A stretch of DNA of 64,000 nucleotides, taken from IMG/VR virus record IMGVR_UViG_3300032214_001486, positions 1-64,000 of that record. The stretch is one strand, 5' to 3'. Positions 1 to 9,891 of the stretch are shown in pieces. Numbering within the stretch: the stretch's first letter is position 1; every line of letters begins with the position of its first letter. Below the pieces are notes generated by a model. The model was not told the DNA's origin. It searched no databases and saw only the letters and a list, made by a program, of their open reading frames with translations. Position numbers and translations under genes: made by a program. The stretch is from a virus.

Positions 1-1
1 C

Positions 2-175
2 GCCGCGCTCGCGGCCGGTGTCGAGGACGCTGACGCCGACGAGGACGGCGAGGACGACGGCGACGAGGACAGCGCCAATTATGACGACGACGAGGACGGC
101 GACGAGGACGACGGCGACGAGGACGACGATGACCTCGATGATCTGGACGAGGACGACGACGACGGCGAGGAATAA
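2..175 (+). CDS. 3' end of a protein with a very acidic tail (partial)
   Basis: Open frame from the window edge encoding a D/E-rich tail ending DDGEE-TAA. Confidence 0.75.
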   Translation, partial: AALAAGVEDADADEDGEDDGDEDSANYDDDEDGDEDDGDEDDDDLDDLDEDDDDGEE

Positions 176-213
176 GCTGTAAGGCGCCGGCTGCAATAAT
201 GCCGGCGCCCGCA

Positions 214-246
214 GCTTAGCTTAGCTTAACTTAGCTTAACTTAGCT
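214..246. repeat. (G/A)CTTA pentamer tandem repeat
   Basis: gcttagcttagcttaacttagcttaacttagct. Confidence 0.8.
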
Positions 247-251
247 GGGCT

Positions 252-288
252 GGGGCTGGGGAGTAATCCCCGGCCCCTTCTGTTTTTG
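252..288 (+). terminator. Rho-independent terminator
   Basis: GGGGCTGGGG/CCCCGGCCCC hairpin followed by TTCTGTTTTT. Confidence 0.7.
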
Positions 289-313
289 CCCCGCCTGCCC
301 CGGCAGACCCCCC

Positions 314-342
314 TTGACGAGCGGCAGAGCCCGTAATATACG
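314..342 (+). promoter_or_regulatory. Sigma70-like promoter, TTGACR-NN-CGGCAR family
   Basis: TTGACG AG CGGCAG ... TAATATAC. Confidence 0.6.
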
Positions 343-383
343 GATCGCCGACTCTACCCTACCCTATTTACGGGGGCTGCACC

Positions 384-821
384 GTGACTGACGCCGATGG
401 AATTGTCTATGACACCCCGGTTTATTCCGTCTACACCGACTGGACCCATGCCCGAGCGGCCCTTGTGGCTATTCTTCCACCCGCACAATCGCAGTCCAAG
501 GCACAAAAGAAGCTGATCAGGGTCGTGAGGCTAATCCAGACGAAAATTGAAGGATTGCAGCAACGGCCAACCTCGGCAGAAATTGCACATTGGCACGACA
601 CTGAGGGTCTTAATCTCGCCGAGATCACTGACAAAATCGAGGACCGCAAAGCAGCAATTGAAGTGTGGAATTGGTCTGCCGTCGTTATTCTGCAAAACCT
701 GTCCACACGAAACGACCGCCAAGTGCCCCGTCCGCGCCACCCGCGCGGTCTGCAAGTGTGTGACGCTGTTTTCGCTGATTTACGCGCGCTGATTTACGCG
801 CCCGACCCGCTACTCGGCTGA
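384..821 (+). CDS. Hypothetical protein
   Basis: ORF directly after a promoter, plausible composition. Confidence 0.6.
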   Translation: MTDADGIVYDTPVYSVYTDWTHARAALVAILPPAQSQSKAQKKLIRVVRLIQTKIEGLQQRPTSAEIAHWHDTEGLNLAEITDKIEDRKAAIEVWNWSAVVILQNLSTRNDRQVPRPRHPRGLQVCDAVFADLRALIYAPDPLLG

Positions 822-999
822 TCACCGCCGACGCCCGCCGCCGACGCCCGCCGCTGCGCGCCGTCCGCCGCCGCCGCCCATGCGCTGCGCTGCGCTGCGC
901 TGCGCGCCGTCCGCCGCCGCCGCCCCCCTACTACTGGCACCCGCCGCCCAGCCCACACGACGCGCAAAACGCTGTCCTGGGGGCTGCTCTCAACCTTTT

Positions 1000-1110
1000 T
1001 TCACTTTTCTTAGCCCCCCGCCCTTGTCGAGCGGCAGAGGGCGGGCTATCTGGTGGGGGCCGAGCGGCGCTGGCCGCCGACCCCCCACCCTCCCCACCCC
1101 TGGAGCCCCC
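1000..1110 (+). promoter_or_regulatory. Conserved early promoter/leader module, copy 1
   Basis: CACTTTTCT...TTGTCG AG CGGCAGAGGGCGGGCTATCTGGT...C-rich tract, GGAGCCC RBS; similar modules at 8158-8259 and 51077-51180(-). Confidence 0.7.
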
Positions 1111-1506
1111 ATGCTTTCGCACGACGAATATCTCAAAAACGAACGCGCGCGCCTTGCCTCCCGGCGTCAAGCCTGGGAAAACGCCCCCCTGGCCGTCCGC
1201 AAACAGGCCGCCGACGATTACGCCCATCTACTCTGCAACCCCGCGGCGCTCGCGGAGGGGCTGCGCTGGCTCCGCAGCGGCGATTACGGGGCGGCCGAAA
1301 AGGCCGCCGCAGACGAGATCCTGGCGAACCCGCGCCTCAACCGCCCCGCGGCGCTGGGGCAGCTTCTCGCTGGGGTCGAGTGTCAGTGTCCCGGTCGCGG
1401 CGCCGCCGCGGCCTACAAAAAGCTGACCGCGGCCGAGAAGGCCACCGCCGACGCGGTTTTTGCTGCGTTCATCGAGAACCCCGACCCCGACGACGACGGC
1501 GAGTAA
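1111..1506 (+). CDS. Hypothetical protein
   Basis: GGAG RBS before ATG 1111; ends DPDDDGE. Confidence 0.7.
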   Translation: MLSHDEYLKNERARLASRRQAWENAPLAVRKQAADDYAHLLCNPAALAEGLRWLRSGDYGAAEKAAADEILANPRLNRPAALGQLLAGVECQCPGRGAAAAYKKLTAAEKATADAVFAAFIENPDPDDDGE

Positions 1507-1583
1507 AATAGCCCCGGCGCCGGGCGCCGCCGCAAAATAGCGCCCCGCCCCCCGCCGCCCCTATCCCCCGCCTGGAGCCCCCT

Positions 1584-1829
1584 GTGTCCGACGCCAACGC
1601 CACCCCTGTCTTTGATCGCCGTTGGGCGATGATCGTGATCCAAAATGCGGGGCTGACCCCCCGCTCTAACTTCGACTCAATTCGGGACGAAATTACCGGC
1701 GCCCTGGACGCTGCGGGCGTCGGGGCGGCGCAGCTTTACGAAATGGGCGATGTTCTGGCCGTCGAAATTTGGGAGTCCCCCGAGGACTACGGGGGCTGCG
1801 ACGACGACCCCCCGCTGCCCGAATTTTGA
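1584..1829 (+). CDS. Small acidic hypothetical protein
   Basis: GGAGCCCC RBS then GTG. Confidence 0.65.
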   Translation: MSDANATPVFDRRWAMIVIQNAGLTPRSNFDSIRDEITGALDAAGVGAAQLYEMGDVLAVEIWESPEDYGGCDDDPPLPEF

Positions 1830-1950
1830 CCTGCCCTTGTCCGCAAGGCCCGCTCCCCCGCGTCTACCGGGTGAGTGATCGGTGCAAGCCCGATGCCCGA
1901 AAAGGGCGGTGCTCATGGACAATTCCCTGTCCTACTACTCTGGAAATAAA

Positions 1951-2727
1951 ATGACCTCGACCCTCCCCGCCCCCATCCTCGCCCTTGTGGGCACCACCCT
2001 CCCCCTCGCGGACGTTGCCTCCGCCGTGGCCGCCTGCGCGGCCCGTGCTGGCGACCACGACCGCGCCGCCGCCGCCACCTTCGCCGCCGAGTCCAGCGCG
2101 CTCGCGCACGGCTGGACCGGCGGTGACCTGGGCAGCCCCGCCGCCGCCGCGGACACCGCCGAGGCGGGCCCCGCCGCCTGGGATAAATGGGTCGCCCTGA
2201 TTAACAAAACGGCCGAACCCAGCCAATTCGCCATTATCCTCCCTCCCCCCGCCGGGAGCCCGCTTGCCTCCACCACCGGCACCGGCCGCAGCGTTTGGGC
2301 CGCGCTGCCCGGCGGGGCCCTGCTGCGCGTCACCACGCGCGCCGCGGGGTCTGACCTCGCGCACATTGTCGCGGCTGATATTTTCGATGCGGACAAAACC
2401 GAGCCCGCCGACAGCGCCGCTATTCTCGCGGAAAACCTCCGCGCCCGCCATTTTGACGAGCCCGACGACGACTGCTGGCTGAGCCTCGCCCTGCCCGGCC
2501 CGGCCGTGCTCGCCCGCCTGACCGGCGGGAAAATCACCCTGCGCCCCGTTGGCCGCCGGGAGCCCTCCGCTGTGGCCGAGGGTCGCCACCTGCTCCCCAC
2601 CGTGGCCGCCGTGCTGCGCCCCGCGGTAGAGGCTCGCCGTGTGCGGAAGGCCGCCGAGGCCGCCGAGCGTGAGCAAGAGAGCGTGCTGGCCGCCGTGCTG
2701 GGCCGCCCGATGCCCCGGCAGCGTTGA
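1951..2727 (+). CDS. Hypothetical protein
   Basis: Ala-rich ORF with GC3-biased codons, followed by a terminator. Confidence 0.65.
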   Translation: MTSTLPAPILALVGTTLPLADVASAVAACAARAGDHDRAAAATFAAESSALAHGWTGGDLGSPAAAADTAEAGPAAWDKWVALINKTAEPSQFAIILPPPAGSPLASTTGTGRSVWAALPGGALLRVTTRAAGSDLAHIVAADIFDADKTEPADSAAILAENLRARHFDEPDDDCWLSLALPGPAVLARLTGGKITLRPVGRREPSAVAEGRHLLPTVAAVLRPAVEARRVRKAAEAAEREQESVLAAVLGRPMPRQR

Positions 2728-2749
2728 CGGTCGGCAACGACCCGGTTAG

Positions 2750-2783
2750 GCCCCCGGCTCCACCTGGGGGCTTTCGCTTTTTT
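2750..2783 (+). terminator. Rho-independent terminator
   Basis: GCCCCCGG/CTGGGGGC stem then a T-rich tract. Confidence 0.55.
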
Positions 2784-4742
2784 ATGACCACGAAACACAC
2801 CGGCCCAAAACACACCCTCCCCGACGCTGCCCCGCCGCCCCCGGTCCCTGACCTCGACCTCGACCTCAATGGCCTGCCCGACCGCATTACGCCCGTGCCG
2901 GCCACCTTGTCTTTTGCAATTCCCCTGCTGTCTGAGGCTGAGTCAGACCGGCTGCGCGCATGGGCTCCCGGCGTCACCCTACAAAAGCGCCGGAATACGG
3001 AATATCTGACGTTGCGGGCGCCTAATCATGCCTTCGACCTGATGCTACCGTATTTCGCGGAGACACAATTAGCGGTCCTGACCACGCCCGTAAACCCCCG
3101 TCCCGGTGTCTACCCCGGCGCTACCGTGGGTTCTGCGACCTGGGAGAGTGTGTGTAAGGTGCTCGCCCACAACGGCGAAATGAAAATGTCCTACATAACG
3201 GACTTCATTCTCGACTATCAAAAAGAAGCCGTCTGCTTTGCCGCAACGAAGGTGGGCACCCTATTCCACCACCCTACCGGCTCTGGTAAGACCTTCGCCT
3301 CTATTGTCTGGTCCCTGCTCTACCCTGGCACCATTCTAATTGTGACGCGGGCTCCGACCCGTGAGCAATACGCCCGGCAGGTAGAGCGGTTCACCCACTT
3401 GCGTCCTTTTGTGTGCAAGCCTTCCAACGAGATCCGCAAGCGGGATAAATGGAAAACGCTGGCCGAGTACATGGACTGGACCCGCGAAAACAATCAGCGG
3501 GCCGTCGTCGTGGTCGGCTGGGAGGCCGTGCCCGATTGGGCTGCCCAATTGCTCCCGCTCGCCCCGAACACCGTCATTTTCGATGAAAGCCACACGGGGC
3601 GAAACAAGAAACGGTGGGAAGCCGTGGTCGTGCCCCCGAAGAACGCTCCAAACCGCAAGGAAGTCGAGGCAAAGATTAAGGCGCAGGGCGGCTCAATCAA
3701 ACCCGGCGATGATGGGGAGGACACCGGGTTCATTCCCCTGGAAAATGTCTCCTACTACGCATCTGAGATTAGCCGCAAGGCAATCCGCCGGCTGGCGACG
3801 ACGGCCACGCCCATTCCTGACCGGGTGCGCGGCCTGTGGGCGCAGCTTGATCTGCTTGAACCCTACTGCTGGGGCAGCTACAGGTTCTACGCCATTCGAT
3901 ATTGCGACGGCAAACCGGGGCAGTATGGCGGTTTTGACGATGCCGGGTCGTCTAACCTGACCGAGCTATCCTTCCGTATGCACTATATCAAGCACTACGT
4001 TTCCTCGGAAGTCTCCCGCAAAAACCTCCCCGCAAAGCGCCGAGAAGCGTGGTATATTCCGCCCTCTCAGCAAGTACAGACGACGGGTTGGAAGTCTCAA
4101 TGGAAAAAGGCGCAAGCGTTGGGTGCCCAGCACCAGCTTGAATTGGCGCTTGAAATGGCCGCGGCGGCCAAGCGACCGGCCGTTGTCTCCCGCATTATGG
4201 AACACGTTGAGAGCAAGCACAAGATCGTCGCTTTCACGGGCCGGCGAAAGGACTGCGAGGATTTAGCTGAGTCCATCCGTAGCAAGTCGCCGGAGCTACG
4301 GGTGTGGTGCGGCCACGGCGGCCAGAGCCAAGCCGAGCGGAACAAAATGCTGGCCGAGTACGCCGCCCATCCCGGCCCCTGTGTGCTGGTCGGCACCGGG
4401 CAAGCCCTGGGAACCGGCGTGGACGGGCTTCAATGCACCGACGCGGCATTTTTCGTGCTGCTACCCTACGATCCCGGCAGCTTAGATCAGTGGGAAGGCC
4501 GCTTCACCCGCCACGGTCAGGACCGCCCCGTGGTGATCTACTACCCGATTGCGGAAAAGACAGCCGACGAGCGCATAGCCGACATTCTGCTCAATAAGCT
4601 GCCCGCGGTTGAAAAGCTGGCCCACGACCCGAGCCTCAACGGTGCGGCGGAAGCCCTCATGGGCAAAATCGAGGACACCGAAGCCTTTGCTCGCTCCGTA
4701 CTGGTCGGGCTGGGCGACAATAACGATGACCTGTGGGGCTGA
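2784..4742 (+). CDS. SNF2-type superfamily 2 helicase
   Basis: Walker A HPTGSGKT, DESH, TATP, and helicase C-terminal motifs GTGVDGLQ and QWEGRFTRHGQ. Confidence 0.9.
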   Translation: MTTKHTGPKHTLPDAAPPPPVPDLDLDLNGLPDRITPVPATLSFAIPLLSEAESDRLRAWAPGVTLQKRRNTEYLTLRAPNHAFDLMLPYFAETQLAVLTTPVNPRPGVYPGATVGSATWESVCKVLAHNGEMKMSYITDFILDYQKEAVCFAATKVGTLFHHPTGSGKTFASIVWSLLYPGTILIVTRAPTREQYARQVERFTHLRPFVCKPSNEIRKRDKWKTLAEYMDWTRENNQRAVVVVGWEAVPDWAAQLLPLAPNTVIFDESHTGRNKKRWEAVVVPPKNAPNRKEVEAKIKAQGGSIKPGDDGEDTGFIPLENVSYYASEISRKAIRRLATTATPIPDRVRGLWAQLDLLEPYCWGSYRFYAIRYCDGKPGQYGGFDDAGSSNLTELSFRMHYIKHYVSSEVSRKNLPAKRREAWYIPPSQQVQTTGWKSQWKKAQALGAQHQLELALEMAAAAKRPAVVSRIMEHVESKHKIVAFTGRRKDCEDLAESIRSKSPELRVWCGHGGQSQAERNKMLAEYAAHPGPCVLVGTGQALGTGVDGLQCTDAAFFVLLPYDPGSLDQWEGRFTRHGQDRPVVIYYPIAEKTADERIADILLNKLPAVEKLAHDPSLNGAAEALMGKIEDTEAFARSVLVGLGDNNDDLWG

Positions 4743-5146
4743 CAGTGAAAAAGAAAGAAACAAGTACAACAAGTACAAGGTGCCACCGGGCAAACGCCCT
4801 GTGGGTTGCCGAATTCGAGGACGGGCGCAGCACGCCCAAGGAACCCATCTGGACGTTGTGCGCTTTTTTGGCCCGGAGCCCTGAGCTACAGGTGACCCGG
4901 CTACAAGCATTTTGGAAGGAAAGCACGACTAACTTTACCGTCACCGTACCCCACGATGGAGTCCCCTTCTCCGACCCCCCGCACCCCATCTTTGTCGAGG
5001 GGCACATCGTCTGCCGGGATGCAGAAACCCTGCTGATGCGGCGCCTATTAGAAATGGAAATAAAGGGGGCGGACCCCGTTGTACTTCGCCCCGACCCGGA
5101 GCCCGTAATTCGTGCCCGAGCGGCAGGGACGTTGCCCCAAGGTTGA
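4733..5146 (+). CDS. Hypothetical protein
   Basis: ORF coupled to the helicase stop; start uncertain. Confidence 0.55.
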   Translation: MGLTVKKKETSTTSTRCHRANALWVAEFEDGRSTPKEPIWTLCAFLARSPELQVTRLQAFWKESTTNFTVTVPHDGVPFSDPPHPIFVEGHIVCRDAETLLMRRLLEMEIKGADPVVLRPDPEPVIRARAAGTLPQG

Positions 5147-5226
5147 CGCTTGACAACCGGAGGCTATCAGGTTAGTCCCGCCCTGTCCTGTCCCCGCCCG
5201 TCTCCCACACGAGGAAATACCACGAA

Positions 5227-5721
5227 ATGCGTCACTTTATCATCCCCATGTTTGCTTTCACCCACCCCAAAGGGGCGTACACCACGAACATCGCGCTGGT
5301 CAACCGCAAGCGTGGGATGCCGCCCAAGCTGGCCCAATGGGAAGGGGCTCTGAGCCTGTTTGGCGGGGCGGCGCAGGAAGGGGAAACCCCGCGGCAGACG
5401 ATCCACCGGGAAGTGATCGTAGAGGGGGAATTGGGGCATTTGGCCCAAACCCCCGGTATCTACGCCGCCACCGCAGAGTACGCTGGGTTCACCGCTACCC
5501 CGTTCTTCTGTACCCAGCCCTGGACTCAGCAGCTCTATCGGGAATTCGCGGCGACCTGTGACGAGGGTATTCTCGATTGGGTTCAGGCGAATTCTACGGA
5601 CTGGCTCGCGGGCCCCTGGGGCTACCCGGATATGCTCGACGCCGTGCTTGACGCGATGGCGGGGTTTAGTCTGCACCAGAAGCACATGACCGAGTACGCG
5701 CTGCCGGGGACAAAGGAATGA
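5227..5721 (+). CDS. NUDIX-like hydrolase with a degenerate Nudix box
   Basis: LFGGAAQEGETPRQTIHREVIVEG; GAGG RBS; promoter at 5150. Confidence 0.65.
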   Translation: MRHFIIPMFAFTHPKGAYTTNIALVNRKRGMPPKLAQWEGALSLFGGAAQEGETPRQTIHREVIVEGELGHLAQTPGIYAATAEYAGFTATPFFCTQPWTQQLYREFAATCDEGILDWVQANSTDWLAGPWGYPDMLDAVLDAMAGFSLHQKHMTEYALPGTKE

Positions 5722-6131
5722 GCCTCCCGACGTTAACCTTTCATCCGTTCTCCCCCGACAGCCTGCCACCAAAAGACGAGATTATCTTAGTCCTGTGCCG
5801 CTCGATTGCGTCCACCCGGATTACGGGTATTTCTCGCCAGGGGCAAAATTTACGGGAGTGTCGAGTCTTTCCGGCAATTGCCGGGTTCGCACAAGATCCG
5901 TGGGGCCGGGACTACTTGGTTTCTCTCCATTTTGTGTCCCCCGCGACTATATGGACGGCAGAGTTGCCCGTGTTGCCCCCTGAATACGAAGGTAAACCCG
6001 CGTCCCACCCGGTTTTTGAGGGGGAATGGGGCCCCCTGCACCCCGATACCTACCGTGCGCGCTACCAAGGCAGTATTCAGGGCGATAATATTCTCCAATA
6101 CTGCGAGGGCTGGGCCGCGATTGCCCCTTGA
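5718..6131 (+). CDS. Hypothetical protein
   Basis: ATGA overlap with the upstream gene. Confidence 0.6.
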   Translation: MSLPTLTFHPFSPDSLPPKDEIILVLCRSIASTRITGISRQGQNLRECRVFPAIAGFAQDPWGRDYLVSLHFVSPATIWTAELPVLPPEYEGKPASHPVFEGEWGPLHPDTYRARYQGSIQGDNILQYCEGWAAIAP

Positions 6132-6200
6132 CAAGTGGGCGGCTATCAGGTTAGCTTCCGGGTGTCGCCGGCTGCCCCCGCTGGCCCCCCGGAGCCTCCC

Positions 6201-6431
6201 GTGCCCACCACGCCCCTGATCCGCACCCTGCATCGAGCGTACTGCGCCGCCCAAGAACGAGCCAAGAGCCCGTCCTGGGCGGCGCTTTGCGCGTCTGAGG
6301 TCAGCTTCCTCGGCTACCAGATCGAGGCCGAGAAGGCCCGGAAGGCCCGGAAGGCCCGGAAAGCGACCAGGGCCGAAAAGGCCCGGAAAGCCTCGGCCGT
6401 CCGGGCTGCTCACGCTTTTCTCTGGACCTAA
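6201..6431 (+). CDS. Small basic protein with KAR repeats
   Basis: GGAG RBS plus GTG; promoter at 6128. Confidence 0.5.
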   Translation: MPTTPLIRTLHRAYCAAQERAKSPSWAALCASEVSFLGYQIEAEKARKARKARKATRAEKARKASAVRAAHAFLWT

Positions 6432-6486
6432 GCCGTCCGCGCCCTGGCTATTCTACCACCCGCCCCGCCGCCCCCTGGAGCCCCCC

Positions 6487-7167
6487 TTGCCTCCGAAAAA
6501 GCAAAAGAAGCCGCTCGCCGCAGCCCCGAAGTCGGCTATGTCTGATTTTGACGAAATTGAGTGGTACACGAACCTTCTCGCTCTCTGCGAAGGCAACCGG
6601 GGCGGCGGCGAGGGCGAATGGGTTTGGGGCGGCCCGAAAAGCGGCAACCCGACGATCTATTGCTCCAACCTGAGCGTCGCCGCCGCCTGTGTCCGCCGCC
6701 GCGCTCCGCTGAAAATCCGCGTGCATGGCGGCTCGACACCGCACGCGCTGACCTTGCTCTACGAAGCCAAACACGTTCGCAAGCCGGAAACGCTGATCCG
6801 GCCGGCAAAAGACAAGGACGCCGGTCGCACGCCGAGCGCCGCCCTGGCAGAAATTGCCGCGCTCTGCGCCCACAAGGCCGGGTCGTCTGAGGCGGAATGG
6901 TCGATTAGCAAAATCAATGGTGCGCCCCGCGTGCAGTTTTTCACGGCAATCTTGTCGAGCGCCGGTCGCTTGATCTACCGTAACCCGGAAATTCTCGAAA
7001 ACCCCGAGCTTATCCGCATCGACGGGGAGCCCGACGCTTTTGCGGCGTGGGTTCCCTCCCCGTGGGTTCGCCGGCCAGAAACCTTGATCCGCCCGGATAC
7101 TGCCACAACCCCCGACGTTGACACTGACACCGACACCGACACTGACACCGACACGACGGAGGACTGA
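6487..7167 (+). CDS. Hypothetical protein with a DT-repeat tail
   Basis: GGAGCCC RBS; RxPETLIRP occurs twice; (GACACY)n tail. Confidence 0.65.
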   Translation: MPPKKQKKPLAAAPKSAMSDFDEIEWYTNLLALCEGNRGGGEGEWVWGGPKSGNPTIYCSNLSVAAACVRRRAPLKIRVHGGSTPHALTLLYEAKHVRKPETLIRPAKDKDAGRTPSAALAEIAALCAHKAGSSEAEWSISKINGAPRVQFFTAILSSAGRLIYRNPEILENPELIRIDGEPDAFAAWVPSPWVRRPETLIRPDTATTPDVDTDTDTDTDTDTTED

Positions 7168-7172
7168 AAAAA

Positions 7173-7952
7173 ATGGACACCACCCGAAGCCCAGGCGCAG
7201 GCATTAAACGGCTCGTGAACGCGGCAGAGAATAAGCTGACCGCACCCTATGTCCTACAGGTCATCGTCGCCTTCTGGAGCGAGACTGACCTGATCATCGT
7301 CGGGCTTTTGGGCCGTACCTGCCTGATCTTCCTGATTACTGAGAAAAACGGATTGCAGGCTCGAACCCGCCGGCTGCCTCTGGTCACGGCTTCTGGCGAA
7401 GTCATGGCGGTGATGCTCCCGCGGGAGGAGGACCGCGAAAAGGCTGAAAATGCCTATGAGTTCTGGTCGCCCGATAAGATCATGCCGGCAGTCAATGAGA
7501 TCATGCGTGGGCGGGCGCAAGAGTTGCGTCAGGATAGTTTTTGGACTAACTTCCCCCGTGGTCAATTCGCGCCCGCTTACCGCGGCGGGGACGTTGAAAT
7601 CTCCCTGATCGCCGTGCTGTATGGGAGCACGGGGGAGACAATGCACACCCTGCACAACCTTTTGACCAATTCCCCGTCGTTCCCGACCCCGCACACGATC
7701 CAAGAGGCGGAAGTAATACAGCACGCGGTCGAGTCGTCGGCGCACGCGCTCACCCTCACCCGTGAAATCGAGAATATCACGGTCACGCGCCCCGCCCCCG
7801 CAACCTTTTCAGACTCGCAGCGGGACGTTTTGGCCGAGATCACAAAATACTTGGCCCGCGATCTTGAACAGATCGGGCAAAAGCTGCGCGACAAAATGAA
7901 AAGCTCTATTGTGGGCCGCGCTTTTTACGACGATCCCGTCGCCGAGGCTTAG
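7173..7952 (+). CDS. Hypothetical protein
   Basis: 259-aa ORF adjacent to the upstream gene. Confidence 0.7.
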   Translation: MDTTRSPGAGIKRLVNAAENKLTAPYVLQVIVAFWSETDLIIVGLLGRTCLIFLITEKNGLQARTRRLPLVTASGEVMAVMLPREEDREKAENAYEFWSPDKIMPAVNEIMRGRAQELRQDSFWTNFPRGQFAPAYRGGDVEISLIAVLYGSTGETMHTLHNLLTNSPSFPTPHTIQEAEVIQHAVESSAHALTLTREIENITVTRPAPATFSDSQRDVLAEITKYLARDLEQIGQKLRDKMKSSIVGRAFYDDPVAEA

Positions 7953-8157
7953 GTCGGGCCGGCGCTGACGCGCAGCCCCGCCCTGATTTGTGGGCCCCGC
8001 TGGCCCCGCTGGCCCCGCCGCCCGCCGCCGCCCGACCAGCCCCGCCGCCCGACCAGCCCCGCCGCCCGCCGCCGCCCGACACGCTCTCTATAGGGCCCCG
8101 CGCCACGCCGGGCCCGATCCGCAAAAGGCCCACCACCACGTCAATGTGGGGGCCTTT

Positions 8158-8259
8158 ACACTTTTCTTTGCAGACGACCTTGACGCCCGGCAGAGGGCGG
8201 GCTATCAGGTGGGGGCCGGGGCGCTGAGCCCCCCCCCTCCCCACCGACCGGAGCCCGCC
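8158..8259 (+). promoter_or_regulatory. Conserved early promoter/leader module, copy 2
   Basis: CACTTTTCT...TTGACG CC CGGCAGAGGGCGGGCTATCAGGT...GGAGCCC. Confidence 0.7.
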
Positions 8260-8502
8260 GTGACCCGCCCTCCCCTCTCCCCCGGACAAATTGAGTCGGC
8301 CGCCGCCCTGGCCCGCGGGATCGCCGCCCTCGACGCCGCGGTTGACCTTGACACCATCCTCGACAGCGAGGACGCCGACCTGATCGGCGACGACGACTAT
8401 AGCGCCCTGCGGGCACACGCCCGGTCCCTGGGGTTTGATCTGGAAAACAGCGAGGACGGCGACATTTTCGCCGTCGATACCGAGGGAGACGGCGAGGAAT
8501 AG
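8260..8502 (+). CDS. Small, highly acidic protein
   Basis: First gene after the early module; D/E rich; ends EGDGEE. Confidence 0.65.
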   Translation: MTRPPLSPGQIESAAALARGIAALDAAVDLDTILDSEDADLIGDDDYSALRAHARSLGFDLENSEDGDIFAVDTEGDGEE

Positions 8503-8582
8503 CGCCCCCCGGCGACGGGCGCCGCCGTAAATGCGCCCACCACCGTCGCCCACCACCGTCGCCCACCACCACCGGAGCCCCT

Positions 8583-9829
8583 ATGACCACCCCCGCCGTT
8601 CGCTGGGCCATCGCGGTCTTTTGCCCCTATTCCGAGGTCTGGTTCGCCCGCCCCGCCCGCCCCCCCTCTGCCGAGGATAGGGGGATCGCGGCCGCCGAAC
8701 GGCACCGCCACGACCCGGAGGAGGAGGCGCGGGAATTGCCCCTCGGCTACCGCCCCCTGTCCGCCCCGCCGGGCGGGCGCGCCCCGTCCCGCCGGCAGCG
8801 AGCGGCGATTAAAAAGGCCCTCGGCCTTGCCCGGCGGCGCAATGTGGAATTTTCCGCCCGCTTTGACGCGGGTAACCCCCACACCCAGGAAGGCTGGGAT
8901 ATTCGCTGGCAGGCAACAAAGTGAAAGCCGCCCCCCACGACTTGACGCCGTTCTACGCGGCAGAACCCAAGGGCCGATACCTGTGGGAGAATTTCGCCGT
9001 CGTGGTGAAAATCCCCGGTCGGCCCCGGAAAAACAGCGCCACGCCACGCGCCGCCGGCTGGCTGCTTTTGAGCGGTCACGCCCTGGCGGACCCGGAACAC
9101 TACGGGCCGATCCGGCTTGTAGGGATTTTCCCCCGTTGGCTCGACGCCCACCTTGCGGCGTTTGATCAAATTGAAAGTAAGGAGCAAAAATGAACACCGC
9201 CGCCACCCCCCGCCCCACCACCATCACCCTCGCCGCGACTACGGTCGGCCGGCGCCCCGCCGAGGGCACCGACTGGCCCGTAAACGTGAGCCTGGACCGC
9301 TACGCCCCCGCGGGCCGGCGCCCCGTCTGGACCCTCACCGTCACCTGCCGCGGGATCGCGGAGGGCGCCCAAGGCTACAGCCGCAAGGTTGACGCTATGG
9401 CGGCCTATGGCCGCAAGGTTGCGAACCTGAGCGCCTACTACGCCGCCGGAGGCAAGTAAAATGCGCCCCTCCCCCATTCCCGTTATTTTCTTCCCTGACC
9501 CCGAGGGCGCCGCGTGGATCTCTGCCGCCGGCATTGAGCCTCGTCCCTTGCTCGCCGTGGCGCTGGATCTGCCCAGCGTCGGCGGCTGGGCCTGCCAGGA
9601 TGCCGCGGGGCTCTGGACCTTGCCGGTCCCCACCCGCGACATTGAAGCCCTGATCGATCTTGCCGCCGCCGCCGCCGACATAGAGCGGGTGCTGGCCGGC
9701 AACGAAGCCGAGCACCACAAATGCGCCGCCCACCTCCGCAATCTGCTGGAGGAATATGAATGGGCCGGGGAGGCGCACCCGGCGGCCACCGAAATCCTTA
9801 TGGAAATTGGTTGGGCGCTGACCCCGTAG
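8583..9829 (+). CDS. Run of four small coupled hypothetical genes (8583-8924, 8921-9193, 9190-9459, 9461-9829)
   Basis: Overlapping start/stop codons; GGAG/GGAGG RBSs. Confidence 0.6.
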
Positions 9830-9891
9830 CCCCGCTGGACCCCCGCTTGACCCCCTACCCCCGCCGGGATAACCCCCGCCGGGGGATTTTC

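Noticed and set aside
825-930. Functional repeat array
   Set aside because: Low-complexity CCG/GCGCT slippage repeats with no spacer structure.
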